A DNA stretch of 64,000 nucleotides, from the sequence record OR352940.1; one strand, given 5' to 3'. The notes beneath the pieces are model-generated. The model saw only the letters and a list, made by a program, of their open reading frames with translations, was not told where the DNA came from and ran no database searches. Shown here in pieces: positions 52,472 through 61,790 of this stretch; the stretch's first letter is position 1, and the number at the start of each line of letters is the position of its first letter. A program made the translations under genes and the position numbers. The stretch comes from Escherichia phage AV110.

Positions 52472-52942
52472 TTAATCATGTTTCCACACCCCATCGGTAT
52501 TTGACCAAAGTCGCTGGTTATCTGATCCTCGCCACAGTTTTTTGGTCGGAAGATTTTTCTCATACTTCCCATCAATAATAACATCAACATATTTAAGCAT
52601 TTCTAGTTGTTTAATATCTTCAAACTTATATCCTGTCCACAACCAAATGCTTTTATTTGGATAAAGATTTTTTACTGTTTGAACAATGCAATGAATAACA
52701 TCTCGGTTATCAGGATAGAGAGGGTCACCTCCGGTTATAGTCAATCCTTCTATATAATCATTATTCAAACATTCAATTAATTGTTCTAGTGTTTCGCCAG
52801 TGAATGGAATACCATTTCTAGCATTCCATGTTGATTTATTATAACACCCTTCACATTTATGCAAACAACCTGTAACGAAAAGAACGACCCTGCAACCAGG
52901 GCCATTCACAAAATCGCAAGGATAAAATCTATCATAATTCAT
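52472..52942 (-). CDS. nrdG: anaerobic ribonucleotide reductase activating protein NrdG (radical SAM)
   Basis: 156 aa; radical-SAM cysteine cluster CLHKCEGC; overlaps nrdD end as in T4. Confidence 0.85.
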   Translation of the reverse strand: MNYDRFYPCDFVNGPGCRVVLFVTGCLHKCEGCYNKSTWNARNGIPFTGETLEQLIECLNNDYIEGLTITGGDPLYPDNRDVIHCIVQTVKNLYPNKSIWLWTGYKFEDIKQLEMLKYVDVIIDGKYEKNLPTKKLWRGSDNQRLWSNTDGVWKHD

Positions 52943-54756
52943 TGGTGTTTAACCCTATGCATGATTTCTTTATTTTTACCGAGATTAAATCCGCGTTCGT
53001 TCGGATTTCCCAAATAACCACAAGTTCTTCTTATTGTGTTCATCTTTTTAGGATCAGTTTCTCCGCAAACTGAACAAACAAATCCATTTTCAGTAGGAGT
53101 CATTTCATGAGTACTTCCGCATGTAAAACATTTATCTACTGGCATATTAACACCAAAATAATCTAAATGTTGTGCAGCATAATCCCATACAGCCTCAAGT
53201 CCCTTTAAATTGTTTTTCATATCTGGAAGTTCAACATAAGAAATGTGACCGCCTGTCGCAATGAAATGATACGGCGCTTCACGAGAAATCTTTTCAAACG
53301 GAGTAATATTTTCTTCTACTGAAACATGGAAACTATTAGTGTACCAGCCTTTATCTGTAACATCTTTTACACTTCCATATTTTTCTGTGTCGAGTTTACA
53401 AAAGCGATAACAAAGGTTTTCAGCAGGAGTAGAATATAAACTAAAAGCAAATCCGGTTCTTTCAGTCCACTGTTTAAGATGAGCATTCATTTTAGTTAAA
53501 ATTTCTTGTCCAATATCACGACCGACAAGAATATTCAATTCGTGAATACCAATGTATCCCAAAGACACTGAACTTCTACCGTTTTTAAATAACTCAATTA
53601 TATCGTCATCAGGTTTAAGACGAACCCCAAATGCACCTTCTTGGTAAAGAATAGGAGCAACAGTCGCTTTAACTCCTTTTAAGGAACTAATTCTACACAT
53701 CAAAGCTTCAAAACACAGGTCCATTCGTTCGTTAAATAGCTCAACAAATTTCTGTTCATTGAACTGTGTTCCAATATAAGAATCTAACGCAATACGAGGA
53801 AGATTCAGTGTTACAACACCAAGATTATTACGTCCATCAAGAATTTCATTACCAGTCGAATCTTTCCATACGCTCAAGAAACTACGGCAACCCATCGGAG
53901 AAACAGGAACTGAAGAACCGGTAATAGCTTTATTATTCTTAACCGAAATAATGTCAGGATACATTCTTTTGCTTGCACATTCTAACGCAAGTTGTTTAAT
54001 ATCATAGTTCGGATCGTCTTTATAAAGATTAACACCTTCTTCAACGAACATAACAAGCTTAGGGAAAATAGGAGTTATTCCATCACGACCAAGACCTTTA
54101 ATGCGGTTTTTAAGAATTGCCTTCTGAATCATTCGTTCAGTCCAATCGGTTCCCGTACCAAATGTAATTGTTACAAAAGGAGTTTGTCCGTTTGAACTAA
54201 AGAGAGTATTTACTTCATATTCATAAGCTTGGAATGCGTCATAGACATCTTTTTCTGTTTTAGATTGAGCATAATTCAGAATGTCTGGTATTTGCCATTT
54301 TTCTGCATCTTCAACATGTTTAGCGTATGTACGTTTAACATAAGGAGAAAGAACTTTATCGACATTCGCAAATGTAGTTCCGCCATACTGATGTGAAGCA
54401 ACCTGTGCAGTAATTTGTGCCATAATTGCAGTAGCAACGCCAATAGATTTAGGCGTTTCAATTTGAGCATTGCCTAATTTAAATCCATTCTCAAGCATCC
54501 CCTTTAAATCGACTAAACAGCAATTGGTAAACGGAAGAGCAGGAGAATAATCAATATCATGCATGTGAATGATTCCGCTTTCATGCGCATTCATAATAAA
54601 AGACGGGACCATATTTTTGGCAATGTGCTTAGACACAATACCAGCCATAAGGTCCCGTTGAGTTGGAAAAACACGAGAATCTTTATTAGCATTCTCGTTT
54701 AAAAGGTCTTTATTAGTTTTATGAATTAATCCTTCAATTTCTTTTTCAATTTTCAT
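52939..54756 (-). CDS. nrdD: anaerobic ribonucleotide reductase NrdD (glycyl radical enzyme)
   Basis: 605 aa; C-terminal glycyl-radical motif RTCGYLG and Zn-ribbon CFTCGSTHE...CSVCG; uninterrupted (no intron). Confidence 0.9.
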   Translation of the reverse strand: MKIEKEIEGLIHKTNKDLLNENANKDSRVFPTQRDLMAGIVSKHIAKNMVPSFIMNAHESGIIHMHDIDYSPALPFTNCCLVDLKGMLENGFKLGNAQIETPKSIGVATAIMAQITAQVASHQYGGTTFANVDKVLSPYVKRTYAKHVEDAEKWQIPDILNYAQSKTEKDVYDAFQAYEYEVNTLFSSNGQTPFVTITFGTGTDWTERMIQKAILKNRIKGLGRDGITPIFPKLVMFVEEGVNLYKDDPNYDIKQLALECASKRMYPDIISVKNNKAITGSSVPVSPMGCRSFLSVWKDSTGNEILDGRNNLGVVTLNLPRIALDSYIGTQFNEQKFVELFNERMDLCFEALMCRISSLKGVKATVAPILYQEGAFGVRLKPDDDIIELFKNGRSSVSLGYIGIHELNILVGRDIGQEILTKMNAHLKQWTERTGFAFSLYSTPAENLCYRFCKLDTEKYGSVKDVTDKGWYTNSFHVSVEENITPFEKISREAPYHFIATGGHISYVELPDMKNNLKGLEAVWDYAAQHLDYFGVNMPVDKCFTCGSTHEMTPTENGFVCSVCGETDPKKMNTIRRTCGYLGNPNERGFNLGKNKEIMHRVKHQ

Positions 54757-55226
54757 TTTAAACTCTTTCTAAGCTGCTTTTTGAATGAAGCTATTAATTG
54801 TGTTTTAGTATCTGATTCATTATATTCAAATCCTCTTTGAAGCATCTCGGTCATCATTTCCTCTTTACCTAGTCTTGAGAACTCTTTAGTTTTGTCTGGA
54901 ACAAAATTAGGATGGATATTATTATCAGAATAATCTTGTTTCAAATAAGCGAGAAGAGCTTCAAGCCATTCTAGGTAGTCGACATCACGGCCTTTAAGAC
55001 CAGAACGGTTGAACTTATGCTTCATTTGACCTTCTGCTGCGTTGCACAGAGAACAGAGTAATCCACGAACTCTACCGGCTTTTGGCCCGTTTAATTCATG
55101 GTCGTGGTCAAGATGGTTACCTTGAACATCAGGGTCTAATTCACGGTGGCAAATAGGACACTTACCGTTCTGTGCATCATAAAATTTTTGTTTTTCTTCT
55201 TTATATTTTGCGCCTGATAATAACAT
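54753..55226 (-). CDS. 49: endonuclease VII gp49 (Holliday junction resolvase)
   Basis: 157 aa; CPICHREL...HLDHDHELNGPKAG...CSLCNAAEG zinc/HNH-like core matching T4 endo VII; identical C-terminal tail as recalled. Confidence 0.9.
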   Translation of the reverse strand: MLLSGAKYKEEKQKFYDAQNGKCPICHRELDPDVQGNHLDHDHELNGPKAGRVRGLLCSLCNAAEGQMKHKFNRSGLKGRDVDYLEWLEALLAYLKQDYSDNNIHPNFVPDKTKEFSRLGKEEMMTEMLQRGFEYNESDTKTQLIASFKKQLRKSLK

Positions 55227-55231
55227 GATAA

Positions 55232-55256
55232 ACCCTTACCTTAAATAGATAAGGGT
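55232..55256 (-). promoter_or_regulatory. RNA hairpin occluding gene 49 ribosome-binding site
   Basis: 7-bp stem ACCCUUA/UAAGGGU with 11-nt loop; 3' arm contains the AAGGG Shine-Dalgarno 6 nt before the gene 49 AUG. Confidence 0.4.
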
Positions 55257-55261
55257 ATTTA

Positions 55262-55675
55262 TTAACTTAAACGTCTTTCTAAATATTCAATGTATTCTGC
55301 GGCTGCTTGCATCAGGTTACCTTCATAGCCGTCGTTATTTTCTTGTCCGGCTAATTTAGCTAAAGCATAAGAAATACGTTCACCTTCGAATTCGCCAAGT
55401 CCACCATCACAAACTACTTGGTCAATTTCTTCGAGTTCATCTATTGAATGGGATTCCCAGAAGCACCAAAGAGAAGTATCACGGTCATAGATGCAAAGTT
55501 TCTCACCTGTGTTCAACAACACTTCGATAATGCCATGGTCGCCATAACCATCTTCGGTAGTAGTACCAATTACCTTGATGATCGTATCTTTCTTTAATTC
55601 AGGAAACTTGACTTGTAGTTCTTCATCTTCTTTAACAATCTTGAACCATTTACCGCGAGTTTCAGAAATATTCAT
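55262..55675 (-). CDS. hypothetical acidic protein (about 137 aa; pin position)
   Basis: Start taken at MNISETRG; track ORF N-terminus overlaps next ORF; sits where T4 has pin. Confidence 0.4.
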   Translation of the reverse strand: MNISETRGKWFKIVKEDEELQVKFPELKKDTIIKVIGTTTEDGYGDHGIIEVLLNTGEKLCIYDRDTSLWCFWESHSIDELEEIDQVVCDGGLGEFEGERISYALAKLAGQENNDGYEGNLMQAAAEYIEYLERRLS

Positions 55676-55676
55676 A

Positions 55677-55874
55677 TCAATATTCTCTATAAAAGTTACG
55701 ATGAGAACGTTTAGCTTTGCGAAGCTGACGTTTAGTAGGACGAACTGTAAATGGTTGTCCAGAGAAAAAATTCGGATCGGTTTTAATAAGCAAATACCAA
55801 TCATGTTTACCATTTTTTAATAAACGGTACAATAATTTAACTTGCATAATAATCTCTTCCCATTTCCATATCAA
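55677..55874 (-). CDS. hypothetical basic protein (65 aa)
   Basis: ORF; an alternative 55-codon acidic ORF overlaps in another frame. Confidence 0.3.
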   Translation of the reverse strand: MIWKWEEIIMQVKLLYRLLKNGKHDWYLLIKTDPNFFSGQPFTVRPTKRQLRKAKRSHRNFYREY

Positions 55875-55975
55875 TTAATTCATTTATTGAAGGTTCATCA
55901 TAACATGGTTCTTCGTCGTTGTAAACCGTTTTGACGTCTGGCTCGACAGTCTCCCATCGAGCAGAATACCACGGT

Positions 55976-56332
55976 TTAACCCCGGAGTTTATTGAGCTCT
56001 TCATAATCAATCCAGGATTCTAGCCCTGACGGCAGGTCACATTCAATGTTCCACAGAAGCTCTTCAATGGCTTGCAGGCGATTATATTCTTCAACGGTAA
56101 TGGTAACCATTGGTGCAACCGGTTCTGCCTTTTTAACCATCATATCGTTCATCAGGACGTAAAGGTCATCACGAACGACAGTGTCGTTCCAACCCCATGA
56201 TTTGGCTTCGTAAGCTAATGATGAAGGGAGCACATTTAAAACTTCAATAATAGTTGGAGCATCAGGACCAAGTTCATTGGCACAAACTTCGTATACATCT
56301 TGGAAATCTTTAAGATTTAATGAATATGTCAT
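55976..56332 (-). CDS. hypothetical protein (118 aa)
   Basis: ATGA-coupled to nrdC. Confidence 0.5.
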   Translation of the reverse strand: MTYSLNLKDFQDVYEVCANELGPDAPTIIEVLNVLPSSLAYEAKSWGWNDTVVRDDLYVLMNDMMVKKAEPVAPMVTITVEEYNRLQAIEELLWNIECDLPSGLESWIDYEELNKLRG

Positions 56333-56592
56333 TTAAAATATTCTCGTAGTTGGTCAAAGCCACCGATCGAAGTTCCATCAGGAGCAAACACTTGAGGCAT
56401 AGTCAATCCGACTTGTGATTCACGTCCAAGCTTAGTCAGAAGCTCAGCAATTTTTTCTTCATCGAATACACCTTTTTCTGGCATAACATTAATGAATTCG
56501 AACGGCTGTTTCTTAACAGTCAGCAATCGTTTCGCATTATCACAATAAATGCATTTATGAATAGTAGAGTCATACCCGTACACTTTAAACAT
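56329..56592 (-). CDS. nrdC: thioredoxin NrdC
   Basis: 87 aa from MFKVYGYDSTIHKCIYCDNAKRLL (ATG 56592, AAGGAAA RBS), CxxC active site; matches T4 nrdC as recalled. Confidence 0.85.
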   Translation of the reverse strand: MFKVYGYDSTIHKCIYCDNAKRLLTVKKQPFEFINVMPEKGVFDEEKIAELLTKLGRESQVGLTMPQVFAPDGTSIGGFDQLREYFK

Positions 56593-56998
56593 TATTTTTC
56601 CTTTCATCGATTAAATATGCAATGCCAAATACAATACATGTAATAAAACCTGTGATACAGATAGAAACCAACAACACCGTACCAAAGAACCAAATCAAGT
56701 TATCTTTAGTAGTTTGTTTGATATCCATCTCACGAATTTCTATAGCTATCGTATCACCTTTATTCAGAAGCGTATAAAATGATGGAGATACACGCCTGTC
56801 AAAAACTCGTCCTTGCTCATCTTTATAAACTGCAATAAATTCTAATTTAGAATATTTTCCTGTAGATTGACCTGAAATTAATTCCACTACCTCCACAGGA
56901 ATTACTTTAGTTTCCATGTAAGTATTCTGGCTGTTCCAAATGAATGGAATGATGGCAAAAACTAAAGCTGCGATAAAACAACGAAGGCTATATCTCAT
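56585..56998 (-). CDS. membrane protein (137 aa)
   Basis: N- and C-terminal hydrophobic segments; position of T4 nrdC.1. Confidence 0.5.
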   Translation of the reverse strand: MRYSLRCFIAALVFAIIPFIWNSQNTYMETKVIPVEVVELISGQSTGKYSKLEFIAVYKDEQGRVFDRRVSPSFYTLLNKGDTIAIEIREMDIKQTTKDNLIWFFGTVLLVSICITGFITCIVFGIAYLIDERKNNV

Positions 56999-57303
56999 TA
57001 TAATGTTCTCTCAAATTTATGGAAGCATTTACGGCATTTCAATTTCAAGTTATCAGTGGTCCAGTTAACCAGTTGGACTTGGATAGTTCCACATTCCGGG
57101 CATGGATGTTTTGCTGCCGATTTGGCAGCATTTTCACGTCGTTCAACCATTTTCATTATTTCGTTCCATGCCGGAGGAACGAACTCTTCTTCACCGTGGA
57201 TTTTATCTCGCTGAACAAATTCGATCTTTGAACTATCGTCAATAAACTTAACCAAGCCATGATTAGTGCTCATATCAATATCCTCTAAAAGACGTAGTTT
57301 CAT
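56998..57303 (-). CDS. zinc-ribbon protein (101 aa)
   Basis: C-terminal CPEC...CRKC pair. Confidence 0.5.
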   Translation of the reverse strand: MKLRLLEDIDMSTNHGLVKFIDDSSKIEFVQRDKIHGEEEFVPPAWNEIMKMVERRENAAKSAAKHPCPECGTIQVQLVNWTTDNLKLKCRKCFHKFERTL

Positions 57304-58253
57304 TATAACACCTCAATGGCATTTCGTAAACCATCCGCTTTCGCATTCAGAGCTTTTAACGATTTAGTTTGTTCTGCAATCTGGGCTTCGACTTCTTTCA
57401 GACGAGATTTGAGATATTCGCGTTCTTCTCTTAAGTTATCAACTTTTTCTGCTTTAGGCTCTTTAATAGGCTTAGGCTTATACTCGTTAGGGTTCTTCAA
57501 CTTAATTTGAATGCGAGAACTGTATAACATTGAACCATTAGCTTCGGTTTCATCATACATTTCTACCACGTCCATGATTCTTAACATCATGCGAAGTTTA
57601 TAAGACAGCGAACGAACGGTTTTGTTGCGCTTATTAATTTCTTCGGCTTTCATGGTACCGAGATTACGTGAGTAGTAATAAGGAACCTGGATATCAATTG
57701 ATAATGATGCGTTACCATTACCGGTTGGTTTGAATACTGCAGTAACCCAATCTTTAACATGAACTTTATTTGTACGATCATCGCCGCCTGTGAATAATTT
57801 ACGAGAATGTTTAAAAAGCATATTCACTTGGTTATTGAATTCACAAGCAAATTTATCAGCAAATTTAGTTTCAGGAATGGTAGATAACCAATCAGCCAAA
57901 TGAGTCTTTTTAACATCATTAACAATAGTGAATTCAACCAAATCGGTTTTAGATGTCACAGATTTAATAAAGCTCGGCTTCATAAAGTTTTTAATGTTAT
58001 CGCGAGCTACAGTAGAAGATAATAAACGAGAACGTTTAAACCATTGAAGCAACGTCCCTAACGAATGAGAATACGCATTTTGAGTATCTTTACAGATATG
58101 ATTTTCTTGGCCTATGTATGTACCAAAATCGCGAAGAATACCACTTACTACATCTCGGTGTGGAACATCAAATCCTAGTGCACCAGAAGCACGTTGGGCA
58201 TGAACGTTAGCGATAAGACCTGCAAAGTATTCAATGTAATGTGAACGTGTCAT
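57303..58253 (-). CDS. hypothetical protein with C-terminal coiled coil (316 aa)
   Basis: Heptad-like charged C-terminus; early promoter upstream. Confidence 0.5.
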   Translation of the reverse strand: MTRSHYIEYFAGLIANVHAQRASGALGFDVPHRDVVSGILRDFGTYIGQENHICKDTQNAYSHSLGTLLQWFKRSRLLSSTVARDNIKNFMKPSFIKSVTSKTDLVEFTIVNDVKKTHLADWLSTIPETKFADKFACEFNNQVNMLFKHSRKLFTGGDDRTNKVHVKDWVTAVFKPTGNGNASLSIDIQVPYYYSRNLGTMKAEEINKRNKTVRSLSYKLRMMLRIMDVVEMYDETEANGSMLYSSRIQIKLKNPNEYKPKPIKEPKAEKVDNLREEREYLKSRLKEVEAQIAEQTKSLKALNAKADGLRNAIEVL

Positions 58254-58280
58254 AATATTTTCCTCTCGTTAAGATAGATT

Positions 58281-58309
58281 CATTATACTCCAACCATCCT
58301 TGGTTGTAC
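58281..58309 (-). promoter_or_regulatory. early-type promoter (TGTACA-17-TATAAT)
   Basis: Upstream of ORF 57303..58253. Confidence 0.45.
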
Positions 58310-58310
58310 A

Positions 58311-59306
58311 TCATTCCTTAAGAAGTTTTACTACTTGAATAAGATTAGCTCGTTCTGTTTTATTTTTACCATTTAAGCCTGCTAATCGTGAGATTTCATC
58401 GTCGGTCTGTTGAATAGTTACATTAAGTTCGTTAATCAAAGCTTCAAAGTATTTGATTTGCTCAGCATGTTTTGATTCAAATTTCTGAACAGGAATAACG
58501 TCTTGGTTTAGTTCATCAATAAGGTCTTTAAGAGCATCTTCTTGGTTGATATCATATTCAACTTCTTTTATTTCTTCAACGAGCTCGTCTTTATATCTAA
58601 CGTCTTTTAGTCCTGGTGCTGGTCCTGAAATCTCTTCTTTAAGAGTACAAACATACCCAATACGGTATCCAATGCCGTCTCGCTTGATATCAACTTCGTC
58701 GATAAATCCACAATGTTTAAGACCAGAGCCGATTAGGTCAAAATATCCTTGACGTCGTCCTTCAAACGTTACACGAACTACTAAGACAGTTTTGCCACCA
58801 ACCTTTTGAAGCTCACATTTATAAAAGTCTGTTGAACCTGAATAACTTGGATGAGTTTTAAAGTTCATCTGACGATCTAGGCCCATTTGTAAACGTGCTG
58901 TTACGGCCATAAAACGTGTTTGGTTCTCGTTAAGATGAGCAACAATCCATTTCAAAGGCATTTTACACTGTTCACGACCGAACAAATCGGTACGTCCTAG
59001 ATTACGCAGGATGTTGTTAGAGTTAATCATCGACAGAACGTTAAGTTTATTCAGCGCGCTGAAGATTCCATCAGCCATTGATTTTCCATAACCTTTACAC
59101 GCTTTAATAAGTGCTCGCGGCAGATTAGTATAGATTTCAGACGGCATATGAAAATCAAATTTACTAGTCAGTAATTGATGAACTTGGATAGCAATTTGCT
59201 CATAATTAAGTGCTCTGCGATCGTTATGGTCTTTAAACCACACTTTAATCTGTGAAGCACATAAACCGTTAATTTCATGTTTTACCGCATCAGATGTAAT
59301 GCTCAT
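58311..59306 (-). CDS. hypothetical protein with C-terminal coiled coil (331 aa)
   Basis: C-terminal 80 aa acidic coiled coil; MotA-box middle promoter upstream. Confidence 0.5.
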   Translation of the reverse strand: MSITSDAVKHEINGLCASQIKVWFKDHNDRRALNYEQIAIQVHQLLTSKFDFHMPSEIYTNLPRALIKACKGYGKSMADGIFSALNKLNVLSMINSNNILRNLGRTDLFGREQCKMPLKWIVAHLNENQTRFMAVTARLQMGLDRQMNFKTHPSYSGSTDFYKCELQKVGGKTVLVVRVTFEGRRQGYFDLIGSGLKHCGFIDEVDIKRDGIGYRIGYVCTLKEEISGPAPGLKDVRYKDELVEEIKEVEYDINQEDALKDLIDELNQDVIPVQKFESKHAEQIKYFEALINELNVTIQQTDDEISRLAGLNGKNKTERANLIQVVKLLKE

Positions 59307-59341
59307 AACTATTTCCTCAGATTGAATTGGAACTCAAAACC

Positions 59342-59366
59342 ATTATAACCCGTCCTTGGGTAAAGC
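59342..59366 (-). promoter_or_regulatory. possible middle promoter (GCTTTA box, 13 bp, TATAAT)
   Basis: ACGCTTTA box after stop of 59369..59896, upstream of 58311..59306. Confidence 0.35.
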
Positions 59367-59368
59367 GT

Positions 59369-59896
59369 TTATGCGTGAACCGTCTTTAAACGTTCTTCAA
59401 ATTTCCGAAGAGTACTAATACGTTCTGCTTTCTGTTTTGTATAGTTTGCAATACGTTCTGAAGTGAGAGCGTATCGTTCGTTTACTGTTTCTTTCATGAA
59501 GTCAGGGATTTCACGAGAAGCTTTAATTTCATCAAACTTATCGAGTACTGCCTGGTCTTCAGCGATTAAATTTTCATACATCTCGATATCTTTCTTGATA
59601 AACTCGATATCTTCCTGGGTTACTTTGGATAAACGAGATGCTTTATCCTTTTTGTACTGCTCGTTAGTTTCACGAGACCAGAATAATGTACGTTTTTTGT
59701 TAGTGTTTTTGTAGACTTCCGCAATTCCAACTGAATCGATGATAACAATCCAATTCCAGCGAGATTTGAAAATCTGACCTCCGTCTACGGTAATCTCGTT
59801 ACCATAAGCAACGTCATTAAAGAACTTGCTTTGTGCTTCAGATTTAAATTTTCCGTCGTTATAATTTACCAGGTTGAAAATATCTTTAGCGTTCAT
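59369..59896 (-). CDS. hypothetical protein (175 aa)
   Basis: GGAGGT RBS and early promoter upstream. Confidence 0.5.
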   Translation of the reverse strand: MNAKDIFNLVNYNDGKFKSEAQSKFFNDVAYGNEITVDGGQIFKSRWNWIVIIDSVGIAEVYKNTNKKRTLFWSRETNEQYKKDKASRLSKVTQEDIEFIKKDIEMYENLIAEDQAVLDKFDEIKASREIPDFMKETVNERYALTSERIANYTKQKAERISTLRKFEERLKTVHA

Positions 59897-59923
59897 GTTT
59901 TACCTCCAGTAGTTGATAGGTCT

Positions 59924-59952
59924 ATAATAACATAACTATAGACCTTGTAAAC
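59924..59952 (-). promoter_or_regulatory. early promoter (GTTTAC-17-TATTAT)
   Basis: Family-1 element with GGTCTATA/TATAGACC inverted repeat around -10. Confidence 0.5.
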
Positions 59953-59954
59953 AA

Positions 59955-60242
59955 CTAAAAGAAACTTTTTTCGGTATTTTTTCCACTGAACCAAACAGAC
60001 TTCGGGATTTTTTGTAATTTTTCAGATTTAAGTTTCTCTTCCTGTTCTTTCTTATATACACCCTTGTCGTACTGGAGCATCTCTATGGCATTCTTTTGCA
60101 AACGATCTAAGGTAATTAAGGCTTTAGTTTTTCCTTTCAAGGAAGAGTCCTGGCGAACCTCCTCACTATATTGCATCGTAGAACTAACCATACGATGAGC
60201 ATACAGTTCGACTGCGGCTTTATTTTTTTGCATAAAATCCAT
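59955..60242 (-). CDS. hypothetical protein (95 aa)
   Basis: AGAGGA RBS. Confidence 0.45.
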   Translation of the reverse strand: MDFMQKNKAAVELYAHRMVSSTMQYSEEVRQDSSLKGKTKALITLDRLQKNAIEMLQYDKGVYKKEQEEKLKSEKLQKIPKSVWFSGKNTEKSFF

Positions 60243-60379
60243 AACATATCCTCTTTGATTTGTACATCATTATTTTAAATATTTCTATGCCCTCAGTAGG
60301 TTCCTGGTGTCCTTCTTTGAGGTAAGCCATATGATTATTCATCTTTATGGCTTTTGTTACCTCAGAACTTCCTATAAGC

Positions 60380-61381
60380 TTATTTCAGTAAAGTTACTTC
60401 AGAGATTTCCTCCCAACCATCTTTATCAGTTGAAATAAAATCTGCTACATAAAGAGCGGTACGTAATGATACATTGCGAAGACGAGATACATTAGCCTTC
60501 ATCCAGGACAATGCTTTATACGTTTCTGCATCAGTCAGACCACGTTTCTGCATCATGTCAGTAGATAATATTACATCTTCAACTCGAACCATAATCTCTT
60601 CATTAGAGTGTACTCCAAGGTCGAGATACACTGAGCGAGATACTAAAGCTTGAAGGTGTGGAGCAAGTTTCGAACCGCGTTCTAACTCTTTATCGATATC
60701 AACGTTTGTAATGAAAACGATAGTACCTTCAAACTCAAATTCTTTATCAATACCCTTATCATCGAGATAAGATGACGCAGTGCTCCAACAAACTTTGCGT
60801 TTATCTCCAGTATCTAATGCTGCTTTAAGAAGATTCAAGATGTCCATATCTGAGAATACGTCAACGTCATCGATTAAGAGAACGCTGTCTGCATCACGGT
60901 TGAGCCAAAGTTGTTCGTAAAGGCCAATACCAGAGATTTTACCATTAATGCTTTTGTATTTGATGAAACCATTATCATTAGCATTATTAAGTGCTTTATC
61001 CAGAGAATACGTCTTACCAATACCGGCTGCACCTGAAATAATGAGTGAACGAATTTTGCCATCGATAATGCCATTCGTCATCATGTTCATTACTTTAAAG
61101 CGTTTGTTGATACGAGTTTTCATATCTTCAGTGCTTTCAACAACTGCAACTGGTGATGTCTCAACTCCTTCCATTACGATGTCTGATTTGAAGACCCATA
61201 CTCCACGTTCAGAACCATCAATCATAACGAAAATTTTACCGTCACCTAAGTGGGAACATTCAGGATTAAGCTTTGCTGGGAACCAGGTCTTTGTGGCAAC
61301 ATAAGAACCAGAGATTTCGTTATTACGATAGATACCTTTTTTGATTTGAACGTTGAACATTTTATTCTCCAATTTACTCAT
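60380..61381 (-). CDS. P-loop NTPase, AAA-like (333 aa)
   Basis: Walker A ISGAAGIGKTYS, Walker B VLLIDDVD, sensor-like TIVFITN; own promoter. Confidence 0.6.
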   Translation of the reverse strand: MSKLENKMFNVQIKKGIYRNNEISGSYVATKTWFPAKLNPECSHLGDGKIFVMIDGSERGVWVFKSDIVMEGVETSPVAVVESTEDMKTRINKRFKVMNMMTNGIIDGKIRSLIISGAAGIGKTYSLDKALNNANDNGFIKYKSINGKISGIGLYEQLWLNRDADSVLLIDDVDVFSDMDILNLLKAALDTGDKRKVCWSTASSYLDDKGIDKEFEFEGTIVFITNVDIDKELERGSKLAPHLQALVSRSVYLDLGVHSNEEIMVRVEDVILSTDMMQKRGLTDAETYKALSWMKANVSRLRNVSLRTALYVADFISTDKDGWEEISEVTLLK

Positions 61382-61398
61382 TTCGTTTCGATAGGTCT

Positions 61399-61427
61399 AT
61401 AATAACATATCCTAAAAGCATGTACAC
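61399..61427 (-). promoter_or_regulatory. early-type promoter (GTGTAC-17-TATTAT)
   Basis: Family-1 downstream motif AGACCTATCG; upstream of P-loop NTPase gene. Confidence 0.45.
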
Positions 61428-61447
61428 TACTTTTTTAAATATTTTAA

Positions 61448-61463
61448 CCCCCTAAAGGGACCC
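61448..61463 (-). terminator. hairpin terminator downstream of secreted-protein gene
   Basis: GGGACC-UUCG-GGUCCC; weak U-tract. Confidence 0.4.
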
Positions 61464-61477
61464 GAAGGTCCCCACAT

Positions 61478-61759
61478 TTACTTATCGCACTTAGCAACAT
61501 AATTAGGCATATCACAGAATACAGAGCGAGTAACTACTCGGCCCTTTGTCCATGCTTCAGTCGCTTGTCCGGCCGTGCTATTAATATAGCTTGATTTAAT
61601 GTTCTCAATACCTTGAGAATGTGATGCATTTACCGAACCATTGGAAGGCCCAGAAGACTGGTTACCACCAGCTCCTGCACTACCGCTGGCTGCACCCGTG
61701 GTAGCACCAACAGAGAATGTCATCATTACTGCGAATAAACCAATTGCTAATTTTTTCAT
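61478..61759 (-). CDS. secreted Gly/Ser-rich small protein (93 aa)
   Basis: Signal peptide MKKLAIGLFAVMMTFSVGA; low-complexity G/S/A/N region; late promoter TATAAATA about 33 nt upstream; hairpin terminator downstream. Confidence 0.5.
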   Translation of the reverse strand: MKKLAIGLFAVMMTFSVGATTGAASGSAGAGGNQSSGPSNGSVNASHSQGIENIKSSYINSTAGQATEAWTKGRVVTRSVFCDMPNYVAKCDK

Positions 61760-61790
61760 ATTTACCTCAAGTTAAGGGTTATTTATCTAC

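Noticed and set aside
52378-52590. ORF 52378..52590 (70 aa)
   Set aside because: Most of it overlaps the 3' end of nrdG in another frame; at best a 33-codon remnant downstream of nrdG could be real, and support is weak.
2341-61440. Repeated 'gataggtctataat...' elements that could be mistaken for CRISPR repeats or a mobile-element terminal repeat
   Set aside because: Copies are irregularly spaced, always intergenic and oriented with the downstream minus-strand gene, and contain -35/-10 hexamers at 17-18 bp spacing; they are promoters, not a repeat array.
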